Positions 1-10,914 of a stretch of DNA of 32,000 nucleotides are shown here, piece after piece. Position 1 is the stretch's first letter; every line of letters starts with the position of its first letter. Position numbers and translations under genes: made by a program. A model generated the notes under the pieces. That model had not been told where the DNA came from. It searched no databases and saw nothing but the letters and a program-made list of their open reading frames with translations. Origin of the DNA: Trichodesmium erythraeum IMS101 (GTDB lineage Bacteria > Cyanobacteriota > Cyanobacteriia > Cyanobacteriales > Microcoleaceae); the NCBI RefSeq assembly GCF_000014265.1, contig NC_008312.1, forward strand, positions 4,410,001 through 4,442,000. Reading direction: 5' to 3'.

Positions 1-59
1 TTAATTATCAGGGTTTTTATTAAAAATCTTTGTTTATTTGGTTTCTAACCGCCTACAGG

Positions 60-420
60 TGTACCTCACTGAATCGAAAATATACTGTAATTTGAGCAGG
101 ATGAGATGATTATTGCCATACCCTAAAGGCCTTAGGTTTGATATTATTCCTGACTGTTAGGTACAGAGAAACAACCCAGGCGTCCCTCTGATGCGGGTTA
201 AAGTCTCAAAACCCTGCACTCACCCCTATTGCTGGGGATGTATTAAGCGGGTCTCTGCCTTCATTTAGAGCCTCGGAATTCCCGAGGGCGACTTACCAAA
301 AATTCTTGTGGGTCTTTAATTTGCCTTTAGGGCACAAACTGCTCTAAAACCTGAAAGCTTCCCAAGTTAGACTTAAGGGCCCACGGATATTTTCAAGGAA
401 CCTCTTTTTCTACAGTATTT
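60..420. other. GC-rich, hairpin-rich non-coding island; candidate structured RNA or IS-end/MITE, identity unknown
   Basis: Visibly higher GC than its flanks. A perfect 10-nt long-range complement pairs CCCTAAAGGC (121-130) with GCCTTTAGGG (323-332). Local hairpins include CCTCGG-aattc-CCGAGG (~273-289). No ORF of 60 aa or more on either strand. Confidence 0.25.
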
Positions 421-978
421 ATCAGAGAAGGCTGGTTGCGAAACCAAATTTTATTTAAACATGGATTTTCCCTGGATTATTGGCCAGGCTTGAAACTCAA
501 TTTTTCCTATTTAAGTTGAGTAGGGTAAGTTAGAAGGTTAAAATTATTTGCTGGGAGTTAGTCTCAAACAATGTGTAAAACATTAATAAACCATTGAGTA
601 TAAGTGAAATCTACTATTTGATTTGACAGTGGTTCACAGTAGGGGTTTCCTACAAAGTTTTATTGATACAACGTAGTTCATCAATCTCAAAAGTGCTACA
701 TATATTGAGGAGTTACCCATAAACCAAGTTTATCGACTAAATTTCCTGATTTGACAAACAATAAATAATAAGGGTAATAAACTGATTTTCTTGTAACGGT
801 GGGTAGTCATACTGGAATATCATCATCTTAAAAAAAAAGTCTGTTTTTTTTACTTTTGCTATTAAGCAGGTGGATAAAATTAACTACACATTTTTCCAAG
901 CCGAATTACTTATACTATATCTCTCACATCAAATTAGCCGAGGCCTGCAATGAGTGTTTAAGTGCTTATAGTTTTGAT

Positions 979-1827
979 TCAGTTTAAAAATTCAGAATGA
1001 TAACGAATATGATCTTCAATAAAAGATGTAATGAAATAATAGCTATGATCATAATTTTTTAGCATTCTTAAAGTTAGTGGTAAACCAACTTTTTGACAAG
1101 CACTTTCAAACACTTCTGGGAGTAATTGCTTTTGAGCTAAAAAAGGATCTACAGTTCCTACATCAATTAAAATTGGACGATTATACTTATAAGTTAAAAC
1201 TAATTCACTAGCATCATAATCACGCCAATTTTTTGTGTTTGTACCTAAATAATTCCTAAAAGCTTTCTTTCCCCAATAACAACGCATAGGTGCTGCAATT
1301 GGAGCAAAGGCGGAAACAGATTGATATTTTTCAGGATTTTTCAAAGCACAAATTAGTGCTCCATGACCTCCCATAGAGTGACCGAAAATACTTTGCTTAT
1401 CTGGTTGTACAGGAAAATTTTTGGCAATAATTTCTGGTAGTTCTTCGACGACATAACTATACATTTGATAGTGCTTTTTCCAAGGTTCTACAGTAGCGTT
1501 AATATAGAATCCTGCACCTGTACCTAAATCCCAATCATCATCCTCTCCAAAAGTACCAGTATTTCGTGGGCTTGTATCTGGTACAACTAAAATTAACCCA
1601 TATTTATTAGCAAATTGTTGCGCTCCTGCTTTAGCCATAAAGTTCTCTTCAGTACAGGTTAAACCTGAGAGAAAATACAGAATAGGAAGAGGTTGTGATT
1701 TTGCTAGCGATGGTTGGTAAATTGAGAAACGCATTTCAGTATTACAGGTGGAAGATGAGTGGAAATAATAGCTTACTGTACCACCAAAGCATTGATGTTT
1801 TTTAACCAATTTAATTTTTGTAGACAT
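979..1827 (-). CDS. fghA: S-formylglutathione hydrolase (esterase D family)
   Basis: 282-aa ORF, colinear by eye with E. coli FrmB/YeiG and human esterase D. Matching motifs: LPILYFLSGLTCTEENF, VVPDTSPR, nucleophile elbow GHSMGGHGAL, C-terminal YDHSYYFI. Confidence 0.9.
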   Translation of the reverse strand: MSTKIKLVKKHQCFGGTVSYYFHSSSTCNTEMRFSIYQPSLAKSQPLPILYFLSGLTCTEENFMAKAGAQQFANKYGLILVVPDTSPRNTGTFGEDDDWDLGTGAGFYINATVEPWKKHYQMYSYVVEELPEIIAKNFPVQPDKQSIFGHSMGGHGALICALKNPEKYQSVSAFAPIAAPMRCYWGKKAFRNYLGTNTKNWRDYDASELVLTYKYNRPILIDVGTVDPFLAQKQLLPEVFESACQKVGLPLTLRMLKNYDHSYYFITSFIEDHIRYHSEFLN

Positions 1828-1830
1828 AAG

Positions 1831-1917
1831 TCATTTCAGTTTTCTATTATTAATGCTGACTTCTGAAGCCGGAGGTTTGAAACATGATTTTTTTTATTTC
1901 CTTGAATAAGAGAAAGC
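1831..1917. repeat. Dispersed ~90-bp element, copy A, abutting the fghA start codon
   Basis: Aligns by eye (roughly 75-80% identity, small gaps) with 7860-7955. Shared blocks: TCATTTCAGTT, CTGAAGCCGGA(G/A)G(T/C)TTGAAA, and TTTTT(C)AT(TT/CC)CCTTGAA(T/A)A(A/G)G. Confidence 0.6.
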
Positions 1918-2021
1918 GCATAAGGGAAATACAGGTAAAAATAGGCTTGTATGATAGCACGAAGCTTTATTTACCAAAGGCTGTAACTTTAAAAAATATC
2001 CTCTTACTAAGGCTGATTTTT

Positions 2022-2253
2022 ATGAAAGCTCTCTTTCTTGGTGACAATTTATTCAATAATCAAAAACAGTAGAATTACTGAGAAATGCATAGCTTTTTTC
2101 ATGAAGACTCTCTTTCTTGGTGACAATTTATTTAATAATCAAAAACAGTAGAATTGCTGATAAGTATATAGCTTTTTTTATGAGGGCTCTCTTTCTTGGT
2201 GACAATTTATTTAATAATCAAAAACAGTAGAATTACTGAGAAATACATAGCTT
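2022..2253 (+). repeat. Tandem repeat, 3 units of 79 bp (third unit truncated), each carrying a 16-codon mini-ORF
   Basis: Units start at 2022, 2101 and 2180, an exact 79-bp period. Each begins ATG and reads M(K/R)(A/T)LFLGDNLFNNQKQ-stop (2022-2072, 2101-2151, 2180-2230). Confidence 0.9.
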
Positions 2254-2469
2254 GAAGTTAATAGATTGTTTATCAACTATATATTAAAGTTTGAATTTGT
2301 CAGAGATGTCAAACCAACTGTATATCAAAAAAGTAGGAGTTTGGTTATGTAAATTACTATTTTTTTGAGATAAATCTTATTAAGTTATTAGCTATTCCGT
2401 AATTATTTGGTAGACAATTGTAGTAAAAATCAATTAAATTAGAATTTATATGGAGAATTGGATAATATT

Positions 2470-3099
2470 ATGGGCTTAAATGTTGAAGCTTTCAAAAAAT
2501 CGAGCATCCCGATATCCAAATTTAAACATCCTGAACTATTGGAGATTGCTCTAACTCATCCAAATCACATCTATGATAGGACTAATATTATCAGGCCACA
2601 ACAAAAACAACAGGTTCTGGAACATCAAGGTTTGGCCAACCTCGGCTATGTAGTTTTTAGTCGAGTGATTAGTAAGTATTTATCAAAAAATTTTTCTAGT
2701 TTAGGCAAGGCAACCCTGATTATTATAGAAAGCGATCTTGTTAGTATAAAGATGCTTTCTGAATTTGCTAAAGATTTAAAATTGAGGCAATTTTCTCAAT
2801 TAGGAAAAAGTTATAAATGGAAACATAAAAGTGAGAAAAATAAAATGTTAGCTCAAATGTTTGAAGCTCTAATAGGTGTAATTTATTTGGAGTTTGACAA
2901 GGATTTAGAACGGACTTCTCATTGGTTAGTTGAACATTTTATTGCTGAGGCAGTGAATCAACTCTTAACTCTTGCATTTAAAGATGATTCAGATTTAGAA
3001 ACAGATTTTCAACTGATAGATTGGATTGAGGTTTTACAATCACCCTTATTAAATCCAAATAGTTCATATAGAAAAAATAATTCCTTTCTTGAATGTTAA
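2470..3099 (+). CDS. RNase III-domain protein with degenerate catalytic motif and no recognisable dsRBD
   Basis: The ORF track starts it at TTG 2458. ATG 2470 is more plausible because GGAG at 2452-2455 lies 14 nt upstream. RNase III-like blocks: F.HPELLEIALTHPN, QGLANLGYVVFSRVISKYL (canonical ERLEFLGDA) and MFEALIGVIYLE (canonical D..EALIGA). Confidence 0.7.
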   Translation: MGLNVEAFKKSSIPISKFKHPELLEIALTHPNHIYDRTNIIRPQQKQQVLEHQGLANLGYVVFSRVISKYLSKNFSSLGKATLIIIESDLVSIKMLSEFAKDLKLRQFSQLGKSYKWKHKSEKNKMLAQMFEALIGVIYLEFDKDLERTSHWLVEHFIAEAVNQLLTLAFKDDSDLETDFQLIDWIEVLQSPLLNPNSSYRKNNSFLEC

Positions 3100-3482
3100 T
3101 CAAATTATTGTTAATTATTGACTTAACTGTATAAACTTTTGTAACCTGGGCACTTTGTCTACCTCTCTCATCTGAAATCTGCTGTAGCATTTCTCAAATT
3201 ACTCAGTTACAGTTGTTTTTCTTCTTTTCTATTCTGACTATGACCTAGGGATATTGCATATAATGTCCCTAACTACTTCCTCCCAACGAACCAATGCAAT
3301 TAACTCACTGCGGATAAAAACTGCTATAATCTTAAGCTAATAAGCAAATTGTAAAATTTATAAAACTCTATTAGTTTCATAGACTCTATCTTTTAAGATT
3401 TAACTTTTAATTTTAAGTTGATAATTTTGGTTTTTTTTACCTCAACCAAATCTACAAAAATAATCTTTCTTGCTTTGCTTAT

Positions 3483-4604
<1,122 letters not shown>

Positions 4605-5948
4605 CTAAAATTGACATTATGAAAATAATGGGTGATAATAGTTTATGTAAAGTCAAAAAAATAAGCAAGAAAAAAATATAATAATATTTTGTAATTTAAT
4701 GACCTCAAGAAGTAATAAGCAATAGAATAAAAATTGACTTCTGCAGATTTCAGAGCATCTTAAAAAAATAGAGTAAACATTTAGGTATTAGCATTTAACT
4801 TTTTCTTTCTAAAATTTACTAATAGCTTTTTAATCAGATGTGAATATTAGCTTTTAGTCTTGTATTTTCTTTTCTAAGCTTTTGATAGGAGGGATTTATC
4901 AGTTATTAGGTTTAGAATTTCAAGGTATCTCTAAACTCAATAAAATTTAGCTGATTTTTAGAGCAGGACGAAGATAAAAAAGATCAGTTATTCATCCTTA
5001 AACTTCTCAATTAAATTTTGATTCTCTATATCAAATTTATTTGCGAGAAATATTTTTCCATATTCCGTTTTAGTCCCTAATCTTCTACTCTTTGAAGAAG
5101 CCAGGAAATGGTATGACTACCTCTTCATAATCTCAGTAGGTAGGCACAAAAAAACTTAACTATATTAAGTTTTGTAAATTAACTCCTAGCTCTGACCTAT
5201 AGTTGATATAAGAAAAACTTACATTTTCTTATATAGTGAACATAGTGATAAATTGTAACGGCAACCTACTTAAGCACTCAAGCTGATCATAATAATTCAG
5301 AACTTAAGTAACCTTGAGATCGCTTTTGGCAAGATATGCGACTCCGAGAAAATAGTATCTAGAAACTTGATCAGCTTTTGAGGGATGAGCAAGCGATCGC
5401 CACTTATAATAATAAGTCTTTCTATCCCTATGCTAGTGTCCAACTGCGATTTGGTGTTTCTGAGTGAGTGATCATCATGAAATTATTGACAACATTTTGG
5501 AGTGGGGAGACCAATTTACAATCTCAGTGTAGAGGTTGTGTTTAGACAACTTGCCTGATTTCAACTTCCCATAGACTCCTATCAACTAGTTGGTACTTTT
5601 GCAGCAGGAGGAACTTCTGCAACTGTCTAATGCCAATGAATTTTTACACTTCCCCACGATCGCTTTCATTACACAGTGGAGAAAGCCATAAATTATGATC
5701 TCCACTATTATCTGGGTTCATCAATGTTTAAGTGTGTTGGAGAAGAAAAATACTGAATAACTATCATTACTCAGAAGTACCCACGAGCAAGTTATCTTGG
5801 AACTAATTACAAACAATATGGAAAAGAAAAGCAAATTAAAGAGGCAAAGGAAACCTTAAATTCCCTCACCAAAAGTCTAACATTAGTATAACATAGCAGA
5901 TGGGCAACAGATATGAAATTCACTTCATATGACTGACTTTTCCATTAA

Positions 5949-7862
5949 CTAAACATTAGCAGAAGTTAATTGAAACTGTCGATATTGCACCTCTAAATAA
6001 ACTAATAAAGCATTAATATCCGCCGGATTTACTCCACCAATTCGAGATGCTTGACCAATAGTTAAAGGCTGAACTTTCGATAATTTTTCCCGTGCCTCTA
6101 GGGATAAAGTAGAAATAGATAAATAATCTAAATTAGTAGGTAACCTACGATTTTTTTGACGACTAATTTGATCAATTTGATTCTGTTGTCTTTGCAAATA
6201 ACCGGAATATTTAATATCAATTTCTGCGCCCTCTTTTTCAACTAATTTTAAATCTAAATTCCCCAGATTATACTTTTCCAAATCTACATAATGGAAACCA
6301 GGTCTACGCAACAGATCTGCTAAAGTAATCGAACCCTTAATTTTTGTATGAGTATCAGCGACTATATTAATAGCAACCTCATCTAGTTCTTTAATTCGAG
6401 TTGAATTTAACCTAGATTTTTCAGAATTAATATTAGCTTGTTTACTCTCAAATAACTCCCACCGACGGTCATCAATTAAACCAATTTCTCTACCCAAAGG
6501 AGTTAATCTTTGGTCAGCATTATCCGACCGTAAAATCAAACGATATTCCGAACGACTAGTTAACATTCGATAGGGTTCTCGCAAATCTTTTGTACATAGA
6601 TCGTCAATTAAAGTACCAATATAACTTTGTTCCCGTGGGAAAATAATCATCTCTTCATTCTTAACAAATTTAACTGCATTTATTCCCGCCACAAGACCTT
6701 GAGCTGCTGCTTCTTCATATCCAGTCGTACCATTAATTTGACCAGCACAAAATAACCCTTCAATTTTCTTAGTCATCAACGTCGGATAACATTGGGTAGC
6801 AGGTAAATAATCATATTCTACCGCATAAGCAGGTCGTAACATCAAACAATTTTCTAAACCAGGTAAACTCTGCAACATTTGCAGTTGTAATTTCTCTGGC
6901 AAACCAGTAGAAAACCCCTGAATATAAAGTTCAGGAATATCACGACCTTCGGGCTCAATAAATATTTGATGACTATGTTTATCCGCAAACCGGACAATTT
7001 TATCTTCAATACTCGGACAATAGCGCGGACCTTTCGCATCCACCCACCCACCATAAACAGGAGACAAATGCAAATTATCGCGAATTAACTTGTGAGTTTC
7101 TGGAGTAGTGCGTGTCAGGTAGCAACACATCTGTTCTCTTTCCACCCAGACTTCTGGGTCGAAGGTAAACCAACGTACTTTTTCATCTCCTGGTTGAGCT
7201 TCCAGGTCGGTGTAGTCAACAGAACGTTTGTCAACTCTGGCAGGAGTACCTGTTTTTAGTCGTCCGGTTTCAAAACCAAGTTTATTTAGGGTTTCACTCA
7301 GACCAATAGCAGAAAATTCTCCGGCGCGGCCCGCAGGCATTGACTTATTGCCTACCCAGATAACTCCACCAAGGAAAGTTCCTGTGGTCAGGATGACAGC
7401 TTTACATTTAAAGGCGACGCCGAAGTAGGTTTCAACTCCAATAATTTCCTCGTTATCTCCCAAAACTAAGTCTGTTACCATACTTTCGCGAACTCTGAGG
7501 TTTTCTTGGTTTTCGACAATGTTACGCATAATGGTAGCGTATTCTCGTTTGTCGGTTTGAGCTCGTAACGCCCAAACGGCAGGTCCGCGAGAAGAATTGA
7601 GAATACGTTTTTGCAGGTAGGTGCGGTCTGCCATTTTACCTATTTCTCCACCCAAGGCATCCACTTCATGGGTAAGTTGAGATTTTGCAGGTCCCCCAAC
7701 AGCCGGGTTACATGGTTGCCAAGCAATTTTGTCAAGGTTTAGAGTTAGTAGTAGGGTGTGGCAACCGAGGCGTGCAGTAGCGAGAGCAGCTTCACACCCA
7801 GAGTGGCCTGCGCCTACTACGATGATGTCGTATTCATCTTGGAAGTCAAAAGTTTGGTTCAT
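5949..7862 (-). CDS. mnmG: tRNA uridine 5-carboxymethylaminomethyl modification enzyme MnmG (GidA)
   Basis: 637 aa. N-terminal FAD motif [18 protein letters not shown], then [30 protein letters not shown], and a C-terminal GidA-associated domain ([17 protein letters not shown]). Confidence 0.97.
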   Translation of the reverse strand: MNQTFDFQDEYDIIVVGAGHSGCEAALATARLGCHTLLLTLNLDKIAWQPCNPAVGGPAKSQLTHEVDALGGEIGKMADRTYLQKRILNSSRGPAVWALRAQTDKREYATIMRNIVENQENLRVRESMVTDLVLGDNEEIIGVETYFGVAFKCKAVILTTGTFLGGVIWVGNKSMPAGRAGEFSAIGLSETLNKLGFETGRLKTGTPARVDKRSVDYTDLEAQPGDEKVRWFTFDPEVWVEREQMCCYLTRTTPETHKLIRDNLHLSPVYGGWVDAKGPRYCPSIEDKIVRFADKHSHQIFIEPEGRDIPELYIQGFSTGLPEKLQLQMLQSLPGLENCLMLRPAYAVEYDYLPATQCYPTLMTKKIEGLFCAGQINGTTGYEEAAAQGLVAGINAVKFVKNEEMIIFPREQSYIGTLIDDLCTKDLREPYRMLTSRSEYRLILRSDNADQRLTPLGREIGLIDDRRWELFESKQANINSEKSRLNSTRIKELDEVAINIVADTHTKIKGSITLADLLRRPGFHYVDLEKYNLGNLDLKLVEKEGAEIDIKYSGYLQRQQNQIDQISRQKNRRLPTNLDYLSISTLSLEAREKLSKVQPLTIGQASRIGGVNPADINALLVYLEVQYRQFQLTSANV

Positions 7863-7955
7863 TTCAGTTATCAGTTATTAGTTATCGGTGCCGACCGCTG
7901 AAGCCGGAAGCTTGAAAACCTGAATTTTCTTTTTCATCCCCTTGAAAGGGGAAGC
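7860..7955. repeat. Dispersed ~90-bp element, copy B, abutting the mnmG start codon
   Basis: Homologous by eye to 1831-1917. It contains the hairpin CCCCTT-ga-AAGGGG (~7937-7950) and the direct repeat GGAAGCTTGA (7907-7916 and 7950-7959). Confidence 0.6.
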
Positions 7956-10292
7956 TTGAGATATGATTTTATGGTTATGGTAAATGTTTTATGGCAATAT
8001 ATCTTAATTTAAGTGTTTGAATATTGGACAAAGTTACTTTAGTTATACTAAATGCAAAAAAGGTTGTTACAGTATTAATTTCTAAATTACCATTAGCATA
8101 TCAAACTACTGTAGCAATATTTTATGAAATTATTATTATTATTATTTAAGCTTATATTATAACATTTATGGTTATATTATTAGTAGTATATAATTTACGA
8201 AAATATTTTTTTATATTGATGAAGGAGGTAGAGGATGAAAAGACAAATAGACATATTTTTTTAAGAAACACCTATATTATTTCTAGATTCTCGTTCAACT
8301 CAGCATGCATATGTTCAATATGGGTGACTACTAAGAAAATTTAAATATTTGCTAGAAGAGTAAGGATATTCTTCAAATGTTACAGAATCACCTTTCTTTT
8401 AAATTAAATAGAATAAAATTTTATCAAATTTTTAAGATGGTAAATAAACTTTTTGACGGTGATTAATTAGAGGTTTTATGCAGATATATTAAAGACGAAT
8501 CTGTGGATTTATGTTTATAGTTCTTCCCTTTAATTATAAGGGTAACTATAATCAAATTTATAATAATTTTGTTCATAATAATAGAGCACAAACACAACCA
8601 TTGATACTTTGATTTGGGATGATTTAGCTAATCAAGGTTGAGCAGGAATTATGGAAATTTACAAATGTAAGTTTAAATGTACATTGACTTTTAAAAGTCT
8701 TGATTTAATCCCAGGTTTAATAAAAGTTTTAGACAAAGATATTTTACTTGCTTATTTGATTAGTATGACTCTACTAGCGGCATAAATTTATTTAGCTTTA
8801 AAACGAATGGTTAGTTTTTATCTCCATTGCAACCCCACAGCGAGTCACTATTTAAGATTAGTATTAGATGTAGTTTTTTGTCCTCAAGGTGGAAATTTTC
8901 AAAATTAAATTATTTGGTGTTAGAAATTAGGAGGTAGACTGCGACATGGTTTTCTTAAAAAACATGAGATAATTTTTTTATATACTAAAAGCAAAGATTT
9001 TAAATTTAGTAAATATATGAGTAAAATTGTGGGTAAAATTTAAATAGTAACTATTCAAGAAATTTTATAATACACAAAACGCCTAGATATTAAGCTGAAT
9101 TATGATTTTTTAAAACCTGCGGAAAAACAAAAATAAACTCAAGGTAATCAGTTAAATTTTAACTGAGATATTGAAGGTTTTAATAAGTCATAAAAAAAGT
9201 ATTATTTAATAATATTCAATATTATCTAAATTTTCTTCAGTTAACATATCAATAATTACATCACAATTTTGTGTTTTTACATCAATAAAGTTTTGAATAT
9301 TTGTTTCAAAAACCTGATAATTTTTACTACTTCCACCTTGTATTGATTACTGATTATTAGATGTTTGGATAAGTAACATTAATAACATCACAAAAGTTGG
9401 GGATTTATCATGAATTATTTAGTAAATTTAGCACCAATATTTGACCAAATATCTAGTCTCAGTAGACAATTACTAGATTCCAAAAAAGAGAATAAAATAA
9501 ATAATAAAATTGTCAAAAATTATGTAGCTAAATTAAGATTAGTAATTTATGATAAAAGATGAAATAGAAAAGCTATGTTGACACTAGATGTGTTTGAAAA
9601 ATCAGCTTACCTCCACCTACCAACAGTACCATTACAAATTAGATTGCTTTGTGATTGAATGGTGAAACATGATAATTTTTAACCTTTTTCTAGTGAAATA
9701 TATAAATCTTTAGCTGTACCAATTTTTAGTTAAGTTTAATCATACTTATAGTAATTATCAAAAGTATTGCCATTTTTGAAAAATTGGAAAAATAACTTTT
9801 TTTTCATCCAACTAATAATATGTTCAAAACAGAAAAATTAAGTATAGCAAAGTTTATCGTAATTAGTATTAAAAAGAAACCGTTTTATGAGAATAAATTC
9901 CCAATTTTTGTTAGCTTGAATCTGTAATACTCGGTTTGGAATGAATTATTGTATAACCTTGGCAGTCGCTGAAATTTTCAAGGTTATAAATTTTTAGATA
10001 GTCTCAATAGATATTTTTTTTAATGTTATTGCTCAAAGAAAAAGTAGGCTTTACAAATTATTTTATAGGAAAAAAGTGTTAGGTTTTAGGTCTCAAAAAA
10101 ATTATCTTAGAACTTACGAAGAAACAGGCTTATGAGACGAAATTTCTCATGAGCGCTGTATAGAATAATTAGAGCAATAAATCTGTTTCCTTGTTTAAGA
10201 GCCTAAGTCCTGAATTTTTCATGAGTGTCTTACTGATAACAGGTGACTAACTACCTATTACCTAACACATAAGACAAAATCTGTCTCTAGGA

Positions 10293-10643
<351 letters not shown>

Positions 10644-10914
10644 TCATACTATAAATTTTAAGTTTACTCGTTTATCAGGATGCCATCCTTTAATATCACC
10701 ACCAACTGGGCCTTGTTTATCAATAAATATAGATTTATCAAACAGGCTTTTCAACAGGGTGTCAAAATTTTAAAAATACCAAAAACATTAGATACAAAAT
10801 CTTAAAGTTTTCTAGAATTTATCTCAAAAAGACCTCATATACATGAAAATTTTCGATTAAAATTATAATAAGGTCATACATGAAATTATAAAAGTATCTT
10901 GAGAGGAACTACCC

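Noticed and set aside
341-350. The reverse complement reads GTTTTAGAGC, the start of the type II-A CRISPR repeat/sgRNA scaffold
   Set aside because: It occurs only once, with no repeat array, no cas9 and no anti-repeat. It is a chance 10-mer.
60-420. RNase P RNA, tmRNA, group I/II intron or a known riboswitch in the GC-rich island
   Set aside because: I could not find the universal RNase P blocks (GAGGAAAGUCCGGGC, ACAGAACCCGGCUUA). A tmRNA tRNA-like 3' end and tag ORF, a group II domain V and TPP, cobalamin or glutamine riboswitch cores were also absent on both strands.
830-851. A9-GTCTG-T8 palindrome as an intrinsic terminator downstream of fghA
   Set aside because: The stem would be A-U pairs only, with no GC clamp, and it lies ~130 nt from the stop. 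It is too weak to call.
1884-2072. 62-aa plus-strand ORF from the track
   Set aside because: It is assembled from the dispersed ~90-bp element and the first unit of the 79-bp tandem repeat. Only its last 16 codons recur in the other units. It is not supported as a gene.
2022-2253. Possible CRISPR array (conserved ~51-nt block alternating with ~28-nt variable block) next to an RNase III-like gene
   Set aside because: The supposed spacers are homologous to each other; units 1 and 3 are nearly identical. The units are contiguous copies of one 79-bp sequence, there are only three of them, and no cas genes are present. It is a plain tandem duplication.
2978-3190. 70-aa minus-strand ORF overlapping the 3' end of the RNase III-like gene
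   Set aside because: It is antisense to a better-supported ORF, has low-complexity Asn/Ile/Leu-rich composition and carries no motif.
6854-7428. Two 66-aa ORFs (6854-7054 minus, 7228-7428 plus) inside mnmG
   Set aside because: They are alternative-frame or antisense shadows of a strongly supported 637-aa MnmG ORF.
8651-9562. Small ORFs in the AT-rich desert (44 aa at 8651-8785; 50 aa at 9410-9562) as genes
   Set aside because: They have no convincing ribosome-binding site, no motif and Lys/Asn/Ile-rich composition typical of random AT-rich ORFs. They are mentioned only as candidates within the desert finding.
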